From Dehalococcoidia bacterium (GTDB lineage: Bacteria > Chloroflexota > Dehalococcoidia > Bin125), in contig OY820591.1 in the NCBI GenBank assembly GCA_963555985.3, positions 288,001 to 352,000 of the forward strand: a stretch of 64,000 bases of DNA, in the 5' to 3' direction. The notes under the pieces are model-generated. The model did no database searches. It was not told the origin of the DNA and worked only from the letters and a program-made list of their open reading frames with translations. Positions within the stretch are counted from its first letter, which is position 1; every line of letters starts with the position of its first letter. This document shows positions 55,856 through 64,000 of this stretch, piece after piece. A program made the translations under genes and the position numbers.

Positions 55856-57499
55856 CTAATCCGCCAGCACCGGCTCCTGGGCTTCGCTCATGGTGAAGCC
55901 CTCGTAGCTGTTGGCGGCGATTTGGTCGCAGCGCTCGCGGTAGGGGCCGACGCCTCCGGCGTAGGGCATGAAGACCCGGGGCTTGCCGGGGATGTTGGCT
56001 CCGAGGTACCAGGAGTCGGCGAGCATGTACATCGTCTGGTCGGCGATGTCATACACGTGCTGCACCCAGTCGACCTCTGCTTGCGGATCGGCATCGACCA
56101 CGTCGACGCCGCGCTCGCGCAGGTACTCGATGAAGTCGGAGATCCATTCAACGTGCTGCTCGATCGAGACCGGCATGTTGCTCAGCACCGACGGGCTCTG
56201 CGGACCGGTGATCATGAACATATTGGGGAAGTCGGCGGTGGCGAGACCGAGATAGGTCGTCGGGCCGTCGGTCCACTTCTCCTTCAGCTCGCGTCCGTTG
56301 CGGCCGCGGATGTCCATCTTGAAGAAGGTGCCGGTCATTGCGTCGTAGCCGGTGGCGAAGACGATCAGGTCGACCTCGTACTCGTTGCCGTCGGCGGTGC
56401 GGAGGCCGGTCGGGGTGATCTCCTCGATCGGGAAGTGGCGGATGTCGACTAGGTCGACGTTGTCGCGGTTGTAGGTGTCGAAGTAGTTGGTGTCGATCAA
56501 GGCCCGCTTGGAGGCGAAGGGGTGGTCGCGCGGGAGCAGCTTCTCGGCGGTCTCCGGGTCCTTGACGATCTCGCGGATTTTGCCGCGGATGAACTCGGCC
56601 GCGGTGTCGTTGGCGCGGCGGTCGGTGGAGATGTCGGCGTAGGCGCCGAAGAGGAAGTTGAACCCGCCCTTCTTCCAGAGCGCCTCGTATGTCTGGGTGC
56701 GCTCTTCATCCGTCACTTCCAGGGCAGATTTTTCAGAGAACTCGTAAGGCATGCCAGCAGCCGAGAGCTTCGACTTCTGCATGATCTCGGCGTAATTGGC
56801 CTTGACCTCCTTGAGGAACTCCTGGTCGACGGTCTCGTGCCGGGCCGGGATCGTGTACTGCGGCGTGCGCTGGAACACGGTCAGGTGCTTGCATTCGCGG
56901 GCGATCACGGGGATCGACTGGACGCCGCTGGAGCCGGTGCCGATCACGGCGACGCGCTTGCCTTCGAACGAGACGCCCTCGTGCGGCCAGGCGCCGGTGT
57001 GGTGCCAGTCGCCCTCGAACGAGTCGAGGCCGGGAATTTTCGGAATCTGACCGGTCGAGATGCAGCCGATCGCGGTAATCACGTACTGAGCGGTCACGCG
57101 ATCGCCCTGGTCCGTTTCCACCTGCCAGAGGCCGGTGTCGTCGTTGAAGTGGGCGGAGGTCACGCGCGTGTTGAACTGGATCCCGCTGCGCAGGTCGAAG
57201 CGGTCGGCGACGTGATTGAGGTATTCCAGAATCTCCGGCTGCTCCGGATACTTGCCGCTCCAGTTCCACTCCTGGAGCAGGTCGTCGTCGAAGGAGAAGC
57301 AGTAGATGTAGCTCTCCGAGTCGCAGCGCGCGCCGGGGTAGCGGTTCCAGAACCAGGTGCCGCCGACGCCGTCGCCGGCTTCGTAGACCTGGGTCGTCAT
57401 GCCCAGGTCGTCGCGCAGCTTCTTGAGCATGTACATGCCGGAGAATCCGGCTCCAATCACGACGGCGTCGACATGTTTGGTCGTGGCGTTCTCAGACAT
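55856..57499 (-). CDS. Type I Baeyer-Villiger monooxygenase (cyclohexanone/phenylacetone/steroid monooxygenase family)
   Basis: GAGFSG, GGTWFWNRYPGARCD, BVMO fingerprint FEGDWHHTGAWP, GTGSSG, ATGYD. Confidence 0.93.
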   Translation of the reverse strand: MSENATTKHVDAVVIGAGFSGMYMLKKLRDDLGMTTQVYEAGDGVGGTWFWNRYPGARCDSESYIYCFSFDDDLLQEWNWSGKYPEQPEILEYLNHVADRFDLRSGIQFNTRVTSAHFNDDTGLWQVETDQGDRVTAQYVITAIGCISTGQIPKIPGLDSFEGDWHHTGAWPHEGVSFEGKRVAVIGTGSSGVQSIPVIARECKHLTVFQRTPQYTIPARHETVDQEFLKEVKANYAEIMQKSKLSAAGMPYEFSEKSALEVTDEERTQTYEALWKKGGFNFLFGAYADISTDRRANDTAAEFIRGKIREIVKDPETAEKLLPRDHPFASKRALIDTNYFDTYNRDNVDLVDIRHFPIEEITPTGLRTADGNEYEVDLIVFATGYDAMTGTFFKMDIRGRNGRELKEKWTDGPTTYLGLATADFPNMFMITGPQSPSVLSNMPVSIEQHVEWISDFIEYLRERGVDVVDADPQAEVDWVQHVYDIADQTMYMLADSWYLGANIPGKPRVFMPYAGGVGPYRERCDQIAANSYEGFTMSEAQEPVLAD

Positions 57500-57593
57500 C
57501 TTCGTTCTCTCTCTGGTGCGCTCAATCGAGCTGGCTGGACCGGGTGCTCTGTACGGGCGCTCGGTTCGGGGCGCGTCGTTCAGTGCGATTCTA

Positions 57594-58544
57594 CTACCGC
57601 GCAAGCGCGGCATGTTGGACGACGTGGCGGCGAATCGCTTTCACGACCTGCTGGAAGCCGCGTTCGCTGCCCGGCAGCATCAGCAAGGCGAAGAAGGCGT
57701 GCATCTGGCGGTCGTGCCGCTGGAAGTCGACCGGTACGCCGGCGTCTTCGAGCCGCTGGGCATATTCCTCGCCCTCGTCGCGCAGCGGGTCGTGCTCGGC
57801 GGTCAGCACGACGGCCGGGGGGAGACCGGAGAGGTCGGGTGTGTAGAGCGGCGAGGCCTCGGGTTCGGTGCGCCGTGAGACATCGGGGATGTAGTGGTCG
57901 AAGAACCAGATCATCGAGTCCCTCGTCAGCAGGAGCTGGTTCTCCGGGTCGAGGTACGAGGGCCGGTCGAAGTTGGCGTCGGTGACGGGGTAGATCAGGA
58001 CCTGCATCGCGATCTTGGGTCCGTTGCGGTCGCGTGCGCGGATCGCCATGACGGCGGAGAGGTTGCCTCCCGCGCTGTCGCCGGCGACGATGAGCGGCAG
58101 CTCGCGTCCGGCGATCTGGTCCATGTGCGCCGCCGTCCACTCCAGCGCCGCGTACGAGTCATCGACTGCGACCGGGTAGCGATGCTCGGGCGCGAGGCGG
58201 TAGTCGACCAGCACGACCGCGCATGATGTCCGCTCGGCGAGCTTGCGTCCGAGCGCGTCGGACTCGTCAATCGAGCCGACCACCCAGCCGCCGCCGTGGT
58301 AGTAGACGATCACGCCGGCGGGAGGCTCGATCGGCACGAGCACGCGAACCTGGAAGCTCCCATCGGCCTGCTCGATCGTGTGTTCCTCAACCCGGGCCAT
58401 GTTCGGGGCAGGACCGTTGAGCGCGGCCAGGTTCGCGCGGTAGGCGCGCGCGTCTTCCGGAGTGCGCTCGTTCATCGGCCTGGCGTCTTCGCCTCCCCGG
58501 AGCGTTTCTTCGACGAAGAGTGTCGTCGCAGGATCAAGGGTCAC
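57594..58544 (-). CDS. HSL-family esterase/lactone hydrolase
   Basis: HGGGW, YRLAPEH, GDSAGG, DPLRDEG, HAF; upstream of the BVMO. Confidence 0.9.
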   Translation of the reverse strand: MTLDPATTLFVEETLRGGEDARPMNERTPEDARAYRANLAALNGPAPNMARVEEHTIEQADGSFQVRVLVPIEPPAGVIVYYHGGGWVVGSIDESDALGRKLAERTSCAVVLVDYRLAPEHRYPVAVDDSYAALEWTAAHMDQIAGRELPLIVAGDSAGGNLSAVMAIRARDRNGPKIAMQVLIYPVTDANFDRPSYLDPENQLLLTRDSMIWFFDHYIPDVSRRTEPEASPLYTPDLSGLPPAVVLTAEHDPLRDEGEEYAQRLEDAGVPVDFQRHDRQMHAFFALLMLPGSERGFQQVVKAIRRHVVQHAALAR

Positions 58545-58763
58545 GCACTGCTCCAATCGTCTGCTGAACGGTCAATGCTGCAAGGGTACAGACGCGGCGT
58601 ACGAGCGCGAGTTGGGCCGCTAGCAGGTCTCCAGCGCCGCGCCAATCCGCGAGCGCGATCGGAGCATTGGCGTCGGCACTTTTCGGCGGCTCGAACACGT
58701 ACGGGTCACAGCAGCCGGTCGATGGGATTGGAGCCATCCGCGCAAACGAAGCTTGGCTACGCG

Positions 58764-59528
58764 CTAGCCTCGCCCGAACAGCGGCATCTTCGTCGCCATC
58801 ACTGTGATGAATGGCACGTTCGCGTCGAGCGGCAGCGCGGCCATGTAGACGATCGCGTCCGCCACGTGCTCGACATCGAAGGTCGGCTCCTGCATTCGCT
58901 CGCCGTTCGGCTGGGGCACGCCCCGGCCCATGCCCGCCGTCATCTCGGTCAAGGCGTTGCCGATGTCGATTTGCCCGCAGGCGATGTCGTACTTGCGGCC
59001 ATCGAGCGCCGTCGACTTCGTCAGCCCGGTGAGCGCGTGCTTGGTCGCCGTATAGGGCGCGGAGTTGGGCCTCGGACGGTCGGCCGAGATCGAACCGTTG
59101 TTGATGATCCGTCCGCCGCGTGGATCCTGCTCCTTCATGATTCGGAACGCTTCCTGCGTACAGAGAAACGAGCCGGTCAGATTGAGATCGACGACCCGCT
59201 GCCATTGCTCCAGGGACAAGTCTTCCAACAGCAGCGGCGGGGCTCCGCCGCCTGCGTTGTTGAACAGCAAGTCCAGTCGCCCGTATTCCTCTCGGACGCG
59301 CGCGAACAGCGCCGCCACCGCGTCCGGATCGGACACGTCGGCGGCGACCGCCAGCGTCCGCGCTGCATCCTCACCGGCCATTTGCTGCGTCTCTTCCAGG
59401 CGCTCCATCCGCCGACCCGTCAGCACCACTGACCAACCCTCCCGCAGCAGCGCCAGCGCCGATGCGCGGCCGATTCCGGTCCCGCCGCCCGTTATCAGCG
59501 CGACTTTCGGCAATTCGGTATCTGTCAT
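58764..59528 (-). CDS. Short-chain dehydrogenase/reductase
   Basis: [22 protein letters not shown]; ATGA overlap with the hyi-like gene. Confidence 0.92.
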   Translation of the reverse strand: MTDTELPKVALITGGGTGIGRASALALLREGWSVVLTGRRMERLEETQQMAGEDAARTLAVAADVSDPDAVAALFARVREEYGRLDLLFNNAGGGAPPLLLEDLSLEQWQRVVDLNLTGSFLCTQEAFRIMKEQDPRGGRIINNGSISADRPRPNSAPYTATKHALTGLTKSTALDGRKYDIACGQIDIGNALTEMTAGMGRGVPQPNGERMQEPTFDVEHVADAIVYMAALPLDANVPFITVMATKMPLFGRG

Positions 59529-60310
59529 CTTGCTGTCCCTTCGAGTGCCGGCCCGGCCGAGTTCGTCACACCGTAAGGCCGTGCCCAATCCAGCCCGGCC
59601 AGCGTGCCGGCGCGCGGGCGGTACTCGCAACCCACCCAACCGTCGAAGCCCAGTTCGTCGATCAACGACAGCAGGTAGGGGTAGTTGATCTCCTGCTGCT
59701 CGTCGGGCTCATGCCGTCCGGGCACGCCGCTGATCTGGACATGGCCGATCACGTCGAACTGGGCGGCAAACGTCTCCGCCAGGTGGCCTTCCATGATCTG
59801 GAGGTGGTAGAAGTCGCATTGCATACGCACATTCGCACGCGCGACCTGCTCAATGATCCGCCGAGCCTGCGCGCTGCCGGTCAGGAAGTAGCCGGGATTG
59901 TCGATTGTGTTCAGCGGTTCCAGCAGGATGCGGACACCCTGCGCCGCCGCTGCATCGGCTGCCCAGCGCACGTTCTCGATCAACATCGTTTCGGCTGCGG
60001 GATCACCGCTGCGTCCCGCCAGGCAGTGCACCTGCTCGCAGCCCAGCACATCGGCGTACTCCAGCGCCGTCGTCATCCCCGCCCGGAACGCCCGCTCCTC
60101 GCCCGGTACCGCCGCCAGCGCGACGGGCGTGTTGATCAACACCGCCCGCAGCCCCGCGTCGCGCAACCGCTCCGCCAGCGTTGGGGCAGGCTCGGTGTAG
60201 GGCGCCTGAATCTCGACCGCCCGAAAGCCCGCCGCCGCCGCCAGCGCAAATCGATCCGGCAAGGCCGCTTCCTGAAACATCCAAGACAGGCTCGCAGCGA
60301 GGGCTGGCAT
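59525..60310 (-). CDS. hyi: Hydroxypyruvate isomerase family (Hyi/OtnI-like)
   Basis: GFRAVE, LEPLN, DFYHLQ, PGRHEP, GCEYRP. Confidence 0.85.
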   Translation of the reverse strand: MPALAASLSWMFQEAALPDRFALAAAAGFRAVEIQAPYTEPAPTLAERLRDAGLRAVLINTPVALAAVPGEERAFRAGMTTALEYADVLGCEQVHCLAGRSGDPAAETMLIENVRWAADAAAAQGVRILLEPLNTIDNPGYFLTGSAQARRIIEQVARANVRMQCDFYHLQIMEGHLAETFAAQFDVIGHVQISGVPGRHEPDEQQEINYPYLLSLIDELGFDGWVGCEYRPRAGTLAGLDWARPYGVTNSAGPALEGTAR

Positions 60311-60322
60311 GGACTCATGCTA

Positions 60323-60711
60323 GGGCGTGTTCAGACTGCGCGAAGTGCGTCGGCGCTGTTTGGCGGGAGAATTTCGGAGGGATGGAGCGGATCTCCTGGC
60401 GAGCGCTGAGGATCGTGCGTTCGCGGGTCTGGATTTGTCCAGATTTGTCCAGATCTGTCCGGATTCGTCTGGATTCATCTCGATTTGGGTGGGTTTTTTC
60501 CAGGCGAATCCGGGCATGTCCAGCACTGTTCAGGTTTGGAGCGAGTCGTTCACGGGACACAGCGGCCTCCCATTGGATTCGTGCGCGTATATGTTCTGAG
60601 TATACCCGGTTTCGGCTCGGTTGCGGAGGGCGGGGCAGGGAGCGCCGAGGCTCAGTCTCGAGACCAGCGCGCGTGCGGGCCGACCGCGCTCGTGGTTGCG
60701 TGAACAGGCCC
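60323..60711. mobile_element. ~389-bp non-autonomous element (MITE-like), copy 2, with TIRs and target duplication
   Basis: CTAG-GGCGTGTTCA...TGAACAGGCC-CTAG; colinear with 40600-40988; no transposase ORF. Confidence 0.8.
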
Positions 60712-60840
60712 TAGGGCCTGCTCAGATGGCTCTGGCCGGAAGCTGTGGAGGGACTTGCAGAAGCTGCTGATCCCCGTCATGGCCGCTCGCGTCACGTTCC
60801 GCGATCACAGCAGGGTTGCGAGCGGTTATCTTGCCGCCTG

Positions 60841-61536
60841 ATGAATGGACTCGATGGCGTCCGCGCGCTCACATTTGATCTCTTCGGTACTGTGCTGGAC
60901 CTCGACGGGAGTCTGGTACCGCCGCTCGGTCGCTTCTTCGGGGAGCGGGGCATCGCTGTCGACGCGGCGGAGTTCTGGGCGCAGTGGCGCGCCCGCCAGC
61001 GCATTGAGCAGTACCAGGACACGCTCTTGATGCTTGGCCACAGCGGCTATCTGACGACCTGTGAGCGCGCCCTTCGCTACACCCTTCGCCTGCACGGCGT
61101 CGACTTCGACGACGGGACCGACGCTGAGATCATGGCCTTCTGGCAACACTTGAATCCCTACCCGGAGGTTCTCGATGCGCTCGCGCGCCTGTCCGAACGC
61201 TACGACCTCGTCGCGCTCTCCAATGGGAATCCGGGTTTTCTCCAGCATCTGGCCCAGAACCGCATCCGCTGGGAGTTCGACGCCATCATCTCCGTAGCCG
61301 CAGTGGGAGCGTTCAAGCCTCACCCCGCGGTTTACCGCCACGCCGCCGCCAAGCTGGGGCTCGAACCGGCCGAGTGCCTGATGGTCTCGGCCAACTCGTT
61401 CGATGTGCTGGGAGCGCGAGCCTGCGGCTATCGAGCCGCATTTGTGAATCGCCGCGGACTCCCCTACGAGGACTCGTCCCTTCAACCTGACCTCACCGTC
61501 CCCTCCTTCACGGAGCTCGCAGAGGCTCTGCAATAA
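60841..61536 (+). CDS. Haloacid dehalogenase type II (HAD superfamily)
   Basis: FDLFGT, WRARQ, LSNG, FKPHP-VY, SANSFD. Confidence 0.88.
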   Translation: MNGLDGVRALTFDLFGTVLDLDGSLVPPLGRFFGERGIAVDAAEFWAQWRARQRIEQYQDTLLMLGHSGYLTTCERALRYTLRLHGVDFDDGTDAEIMAFWQHLNPYPEVLDALARLSERYDLVALSNGNPGFLQHLAQNRIRWEFDAIISVAAVGAFKPHPAVYRHAAAKLGLEPAECLMVSANSFDVLGARACGYRAAFVNRRGLPYEDSSLQPDLTVPSFTELAEALQ

Positions 61537-61590
61537 CCGTGTCCCTCCCCCGCGCAGGCGCGCGCGTCATAGACCTGACCGGCGGGTGAG

Positions 61591-62115
61591 CTAGTGAGTG
61601 CCCTGGGCGGCCATCACGGTCGGCATGCCCTGCATCCCGCGCAGGGTGTTGATCTCGCCGCGATGGCCGTTGAAGTGCCCCATCATGTGCAGCGAGATGG
61701 CCTCGCCCACGCTCTCGGTACCGTTGCGTGCCGGGATTTGGCGCTCAAGGTCTTCATCGCTCGCGTCGGCGAGGAACTGACGGGTGCGCTCGAAGACGGC
61801 TTCCTGGTAGCCGCCGAGCGCGTCGAGGTCGGTGATCTGAATCTCCTGGGCCTCGTCGTCGGACATGCCGGTGCCGAAGCCCTTGAAGGGCAGGCCGGTG
61901 CGCTCGGCCCACTCTTCGTCCCAGATCGGGGGCTGGCCGCTGACGTTGCTCATGACGAGATCCTCGACGCGCGACGTGTGCCAGAGGCACCAGGCGATCG
62001 AGTGGCTGCCGTGCTCGGGCACGAAATGAAGCTGTTCGTCGCTGCCGTTGCGGGCGTCGATCAGTGCGGCGTGGGCGAAATCGAGGCTGCGCTGGATGAA
62101 TTCGACGGTGCTCAT
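61591..62115 (-). CDS. DinB family protein
   Basis: SIAWCLWH..RVED and HFNGHRGEI. Confidence 0.82.
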   Translation of the reverse strand: MSTVEFIQRSLDFAHAALIDARNGSDEQLHFVPEHGSHSIAWCLWHTSRVEDLVMSNVSGQPPIWDEEWAERTGLPFKGFGTGMSDDEAQEIQITDLDALGGYQEAVFERTRQFLADASDEDLERQIPARNGTESVGEAISLHMMGHFNGHRGEINTLRGMQGMPTVMAAQGTH

Positions 62116-62277
62116 GGACTCACTCCTCTACTCAAGCCAAGAGTCTAAGCGCATCGCTGCCGTGCTCGGCGACAACGCCGGGAACTGTGCACAGATTGCT
62201 CCCCGCGCGCATCCACGCCGCCGGTGCTGCCTGAGTCGAGCGCCTCTCGTATCGTGAACAGGTTCCTGGAGGCATCC

Positions 62278-63918
62278 ATGAAGACTGAAGTCCACCCTCT
62301 CAGCGGCGCGACCTATACGGAGCTCGGCGACGGCAGGGTGCGCGTCGACAAGGCGCAGAAGTACGGCATCTTCGACTGGGAGGGTCACCACATTGAGGGT
62401 GATCTGCACTACGCCGACCCGCATCTGCTCCAGTGGGTGGGAGGTCCGGAGTTGCCGTCGCGCGCGGCCAAGCGCGATCCCCGGCGCAACAACTCCGCCT
62501 CGCAGATGCAGCGCGACGCCAAAGCAGCCGAGGCGCAGTACACGGGCGGCACTGCCCTGCTGGGCGAAGTCGACGAGAACTTCACCCGCTACACCGGCGA
62601 TCCGGGCCGCGACACGGCGGCCGGGAGGCGCTCATCGGGCATCTCGTTCATGGAACTGCTGGAGCTGGATCAGTTCCCGGAGCGCATCCCCGACACGCTG
62701 AGGATGGAGCGCTCCCTGCCTGGCGGCGTACGCAAGGTGCCGACCGAGCGCTACACCTCACAGAAGTGGCACGACCTTGAGGTCGAGCGGCTCTGGAAGC
62801 GGGTCTGGCAGATGGCCTGCCATGTCGACGACATCCCGGAGGTGGGCGACTACATCGTCTACGACGTGGCCCAGTTCTCCTGGATCGTGGTGCGCACCGG
62901 AGCCGACGAGTTCAAGGCTTACAACAACGCCTGTCTCCACCGCGGCCGCCAACTGCGCGAGTTCGACGGCAAGCAGGCGACCGAGTTCCGCTGCCCCTTC
63001 CACGGCTGGTGCTGGGAGCTGGACGGTTCTCTGCGCGAGATTCCCTCGGAGTGGGACTTCCCCGAGGTGCGCGAGGACGTCGGCCATTTGCCCGAGGCCA
63101 AGGTCGGAACCTGGGGCGGCTTCGTCTTCATCAACCCCGATCCGGACTGCGAGCCGTTCGAGGACTTCCTCGGCTCATTGCCGGCGCATTACGAGAAGTA
63201 CGACTACGAGACGAAGTACAAGCAGGTCCACGTAGCCAAGATCGTGCGGGCCAACTGGAAGGTGAACCAGGAAGCCTTCATGGAGGGCTACCACATCATC
63301 GCCACTCATCCGCAGCTCATGATCTACGGCGGCGACGGGGCTAACCACCAGTACGACTCATTCGACAACTGGTCGCGCGCGGTGACGCTGGCCGTGAAGA
63401 CGAGCGCTCACCTCAATGTGCATCCGCCGCGCGAGGAGTTGAGCGAATCGCGCAACAGGATGGCCAACATGATGCGCGAGAGCTTGCGTGAAACGATCGG
63501 CGAGCGGGTCGATATCTACTGCGACGCCGAGCTGATCGACGGGCAGTACAACAACCTCTTCCCCAATTTCCACCCCTGGGGCTCGTTCAGCCGGATCGTC
63601 TACCGCTTCCGCCCCTACAACGACGACCCCGACATGTCGATCATGGAGGTGATCTACCTCGCTCCCTGGCCGGCGGACAAGCCCAAGCCGCCGGCCGCGC
63701 CGATCCACTGGCTCGGCCCCGACGACCACTGGACCGACGCTCCCGAAATGGGCGGCCTGGCCCGGGTGCTCAATCAGGACAGCTACAACCTGCCCAAGCT
63801 CCAGCGCGGCCTCAAAGCCAAGATCGATCCTCACATCTACTTGGCCGCCTACGAGGAGGGGAAGATTCGCCATTTCCACCACCTCTACGACCAGTGGGTC
63901 GCCTACGACGACGGTTAG
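62278..63918 (+). CDS. Rieske ring-hydroxylating oxygenase alpha subunit with N-terminal extension
   Basis: CLHRG..CPFH, NWK..EAFMEGYH..THP, QD; about 140 extra N-terminal residues. Confidence 0.88.
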   Translation: MKTEVHPLSGATYTELGDGRVRVDKAQKYGIFDWEGHHIEGDLHYADPHLLQWVGGPELPSRAAKRDPRRNNSASQMQRDAKAAEAQYTGGTALLGEVDENFTRYTGDPGRDTAAGRRSSGISFMELLELDQFPERIPDTLRMERSLPGGVRKVPTERYTSQKWHDLEVERLWKRVWQMACHVDDIPEVGDYIVYDVAQFSWIVVRTGADEFKAYNNACLHRGRQLREFDGKQATEFRCPFHGWCWELDGSLREIPSEWDFPEVREDVGHLPEAKVGTWGGFVFINPDPDCEPFEDFLGSLPAHYEKYDYETKYKQVHVAKIVRANWKVNQEAFMEGYHIIATHPQLMIYGGDGANHQYDSFDNWSRAVTLAVKTSAHLNVHPPREELSESRNRMANMMRESLRETIGERVDIYCDAELIDGQYNNLFPNFHPWGSFSRIVYRFRPYNDDPDMSIMEVIYLAPWPADKPKPPAAPIHWLGPDDHWTDAPEMGGLARVLNQDSYNLPKLQRGLKAKIDPHIYLAAYEEGKIRHFHHLYDQWVAYDDG

Positions 63919-63921
63919 GCG

Positions 63922-64000
63922 CTACTCGGTCTGGTAGAGCGGCGCGGACGGCGCGCCGGCAGCCGCCGCTTCAGTGACCGCCAGCAGCTCGCGGATGCGC
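63922..64000 (-). CDS. 3' end of an unidentified convergent gene running off the window
   Basis: Open frame RIRELLAVTEAAAAGAPSAPLYQTE ending in TAG at 63924-63922. Confidence 0.35.
   Translation of the reverse strand, partial: RIRELLAVTEAAAAGAPSAPLYQTE

Noticed and set aside
1-64000. tRNA, rRNA, prophage or intact transposase
   Set aside because: No such signatures were recognised by eye; tRNAscan-SE and Infernal would be needed to exclude small RNAs.

Overview
High-GC bacterial window, densely coding and dominated by catabolic and transport genes. The lipoprotein-anchored binding proteins (AAC-GDDDE followed by Q/E/A-rich linkers), two luciferase-like oxidoreductases, CoA-transferases, DinB proteins and an enolase-superfamily enzyme suggest Chloroflexota (Dehalococcoidia/SAR202-like, possibly a sponge symbiont); this is inference only. 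Contents in order: amidohydrolase (partial), carboxyltransferase, ThuA-like protein, Crp/Fnr regulator, two Liv-type ABC permease/binding-protein sets sharing one ATPase pair, an LLM monooxygenase plus MBL lactonase, a stand-alone MmeI-like restriction-modification fusion, a membrane EEP protein, a reductive pyrimidine-catabolism operon with a Mer-like LLM but no PreT/PreA, an MFS, an NCS2 permease with a C-terminal extension, two Neverland/KshA-type Rieske oxygenases, tandem YtcJ-like amidohydrolases, an ERG6-like sterol C24-methyltransferase, a DarT-like orphan, intact and decayed PIN toxin-antitoxin loci, a BVMO with an esterase, SDR/Hyi, HAD and a ring-hydroxylating Rieske protein. The best candidate for a new system is the overlapping sterol methyltransferase plus Neverland-like Rieske pair, a possible bacterial sterol-tailoring module. 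Intergenic DNA carries a nested set of repeats: REP-like double hairpins, dRS3-like hairpins, TIR-like ends, a 23-24 bp micro-insert and a ~389-bp MITE in two copies. One repeat lies in frame inside a gene and another truncates a vapC. No rRNA, tRNA or CRISPR was seen. All family calls are from motif recognition by eye, not database searches.
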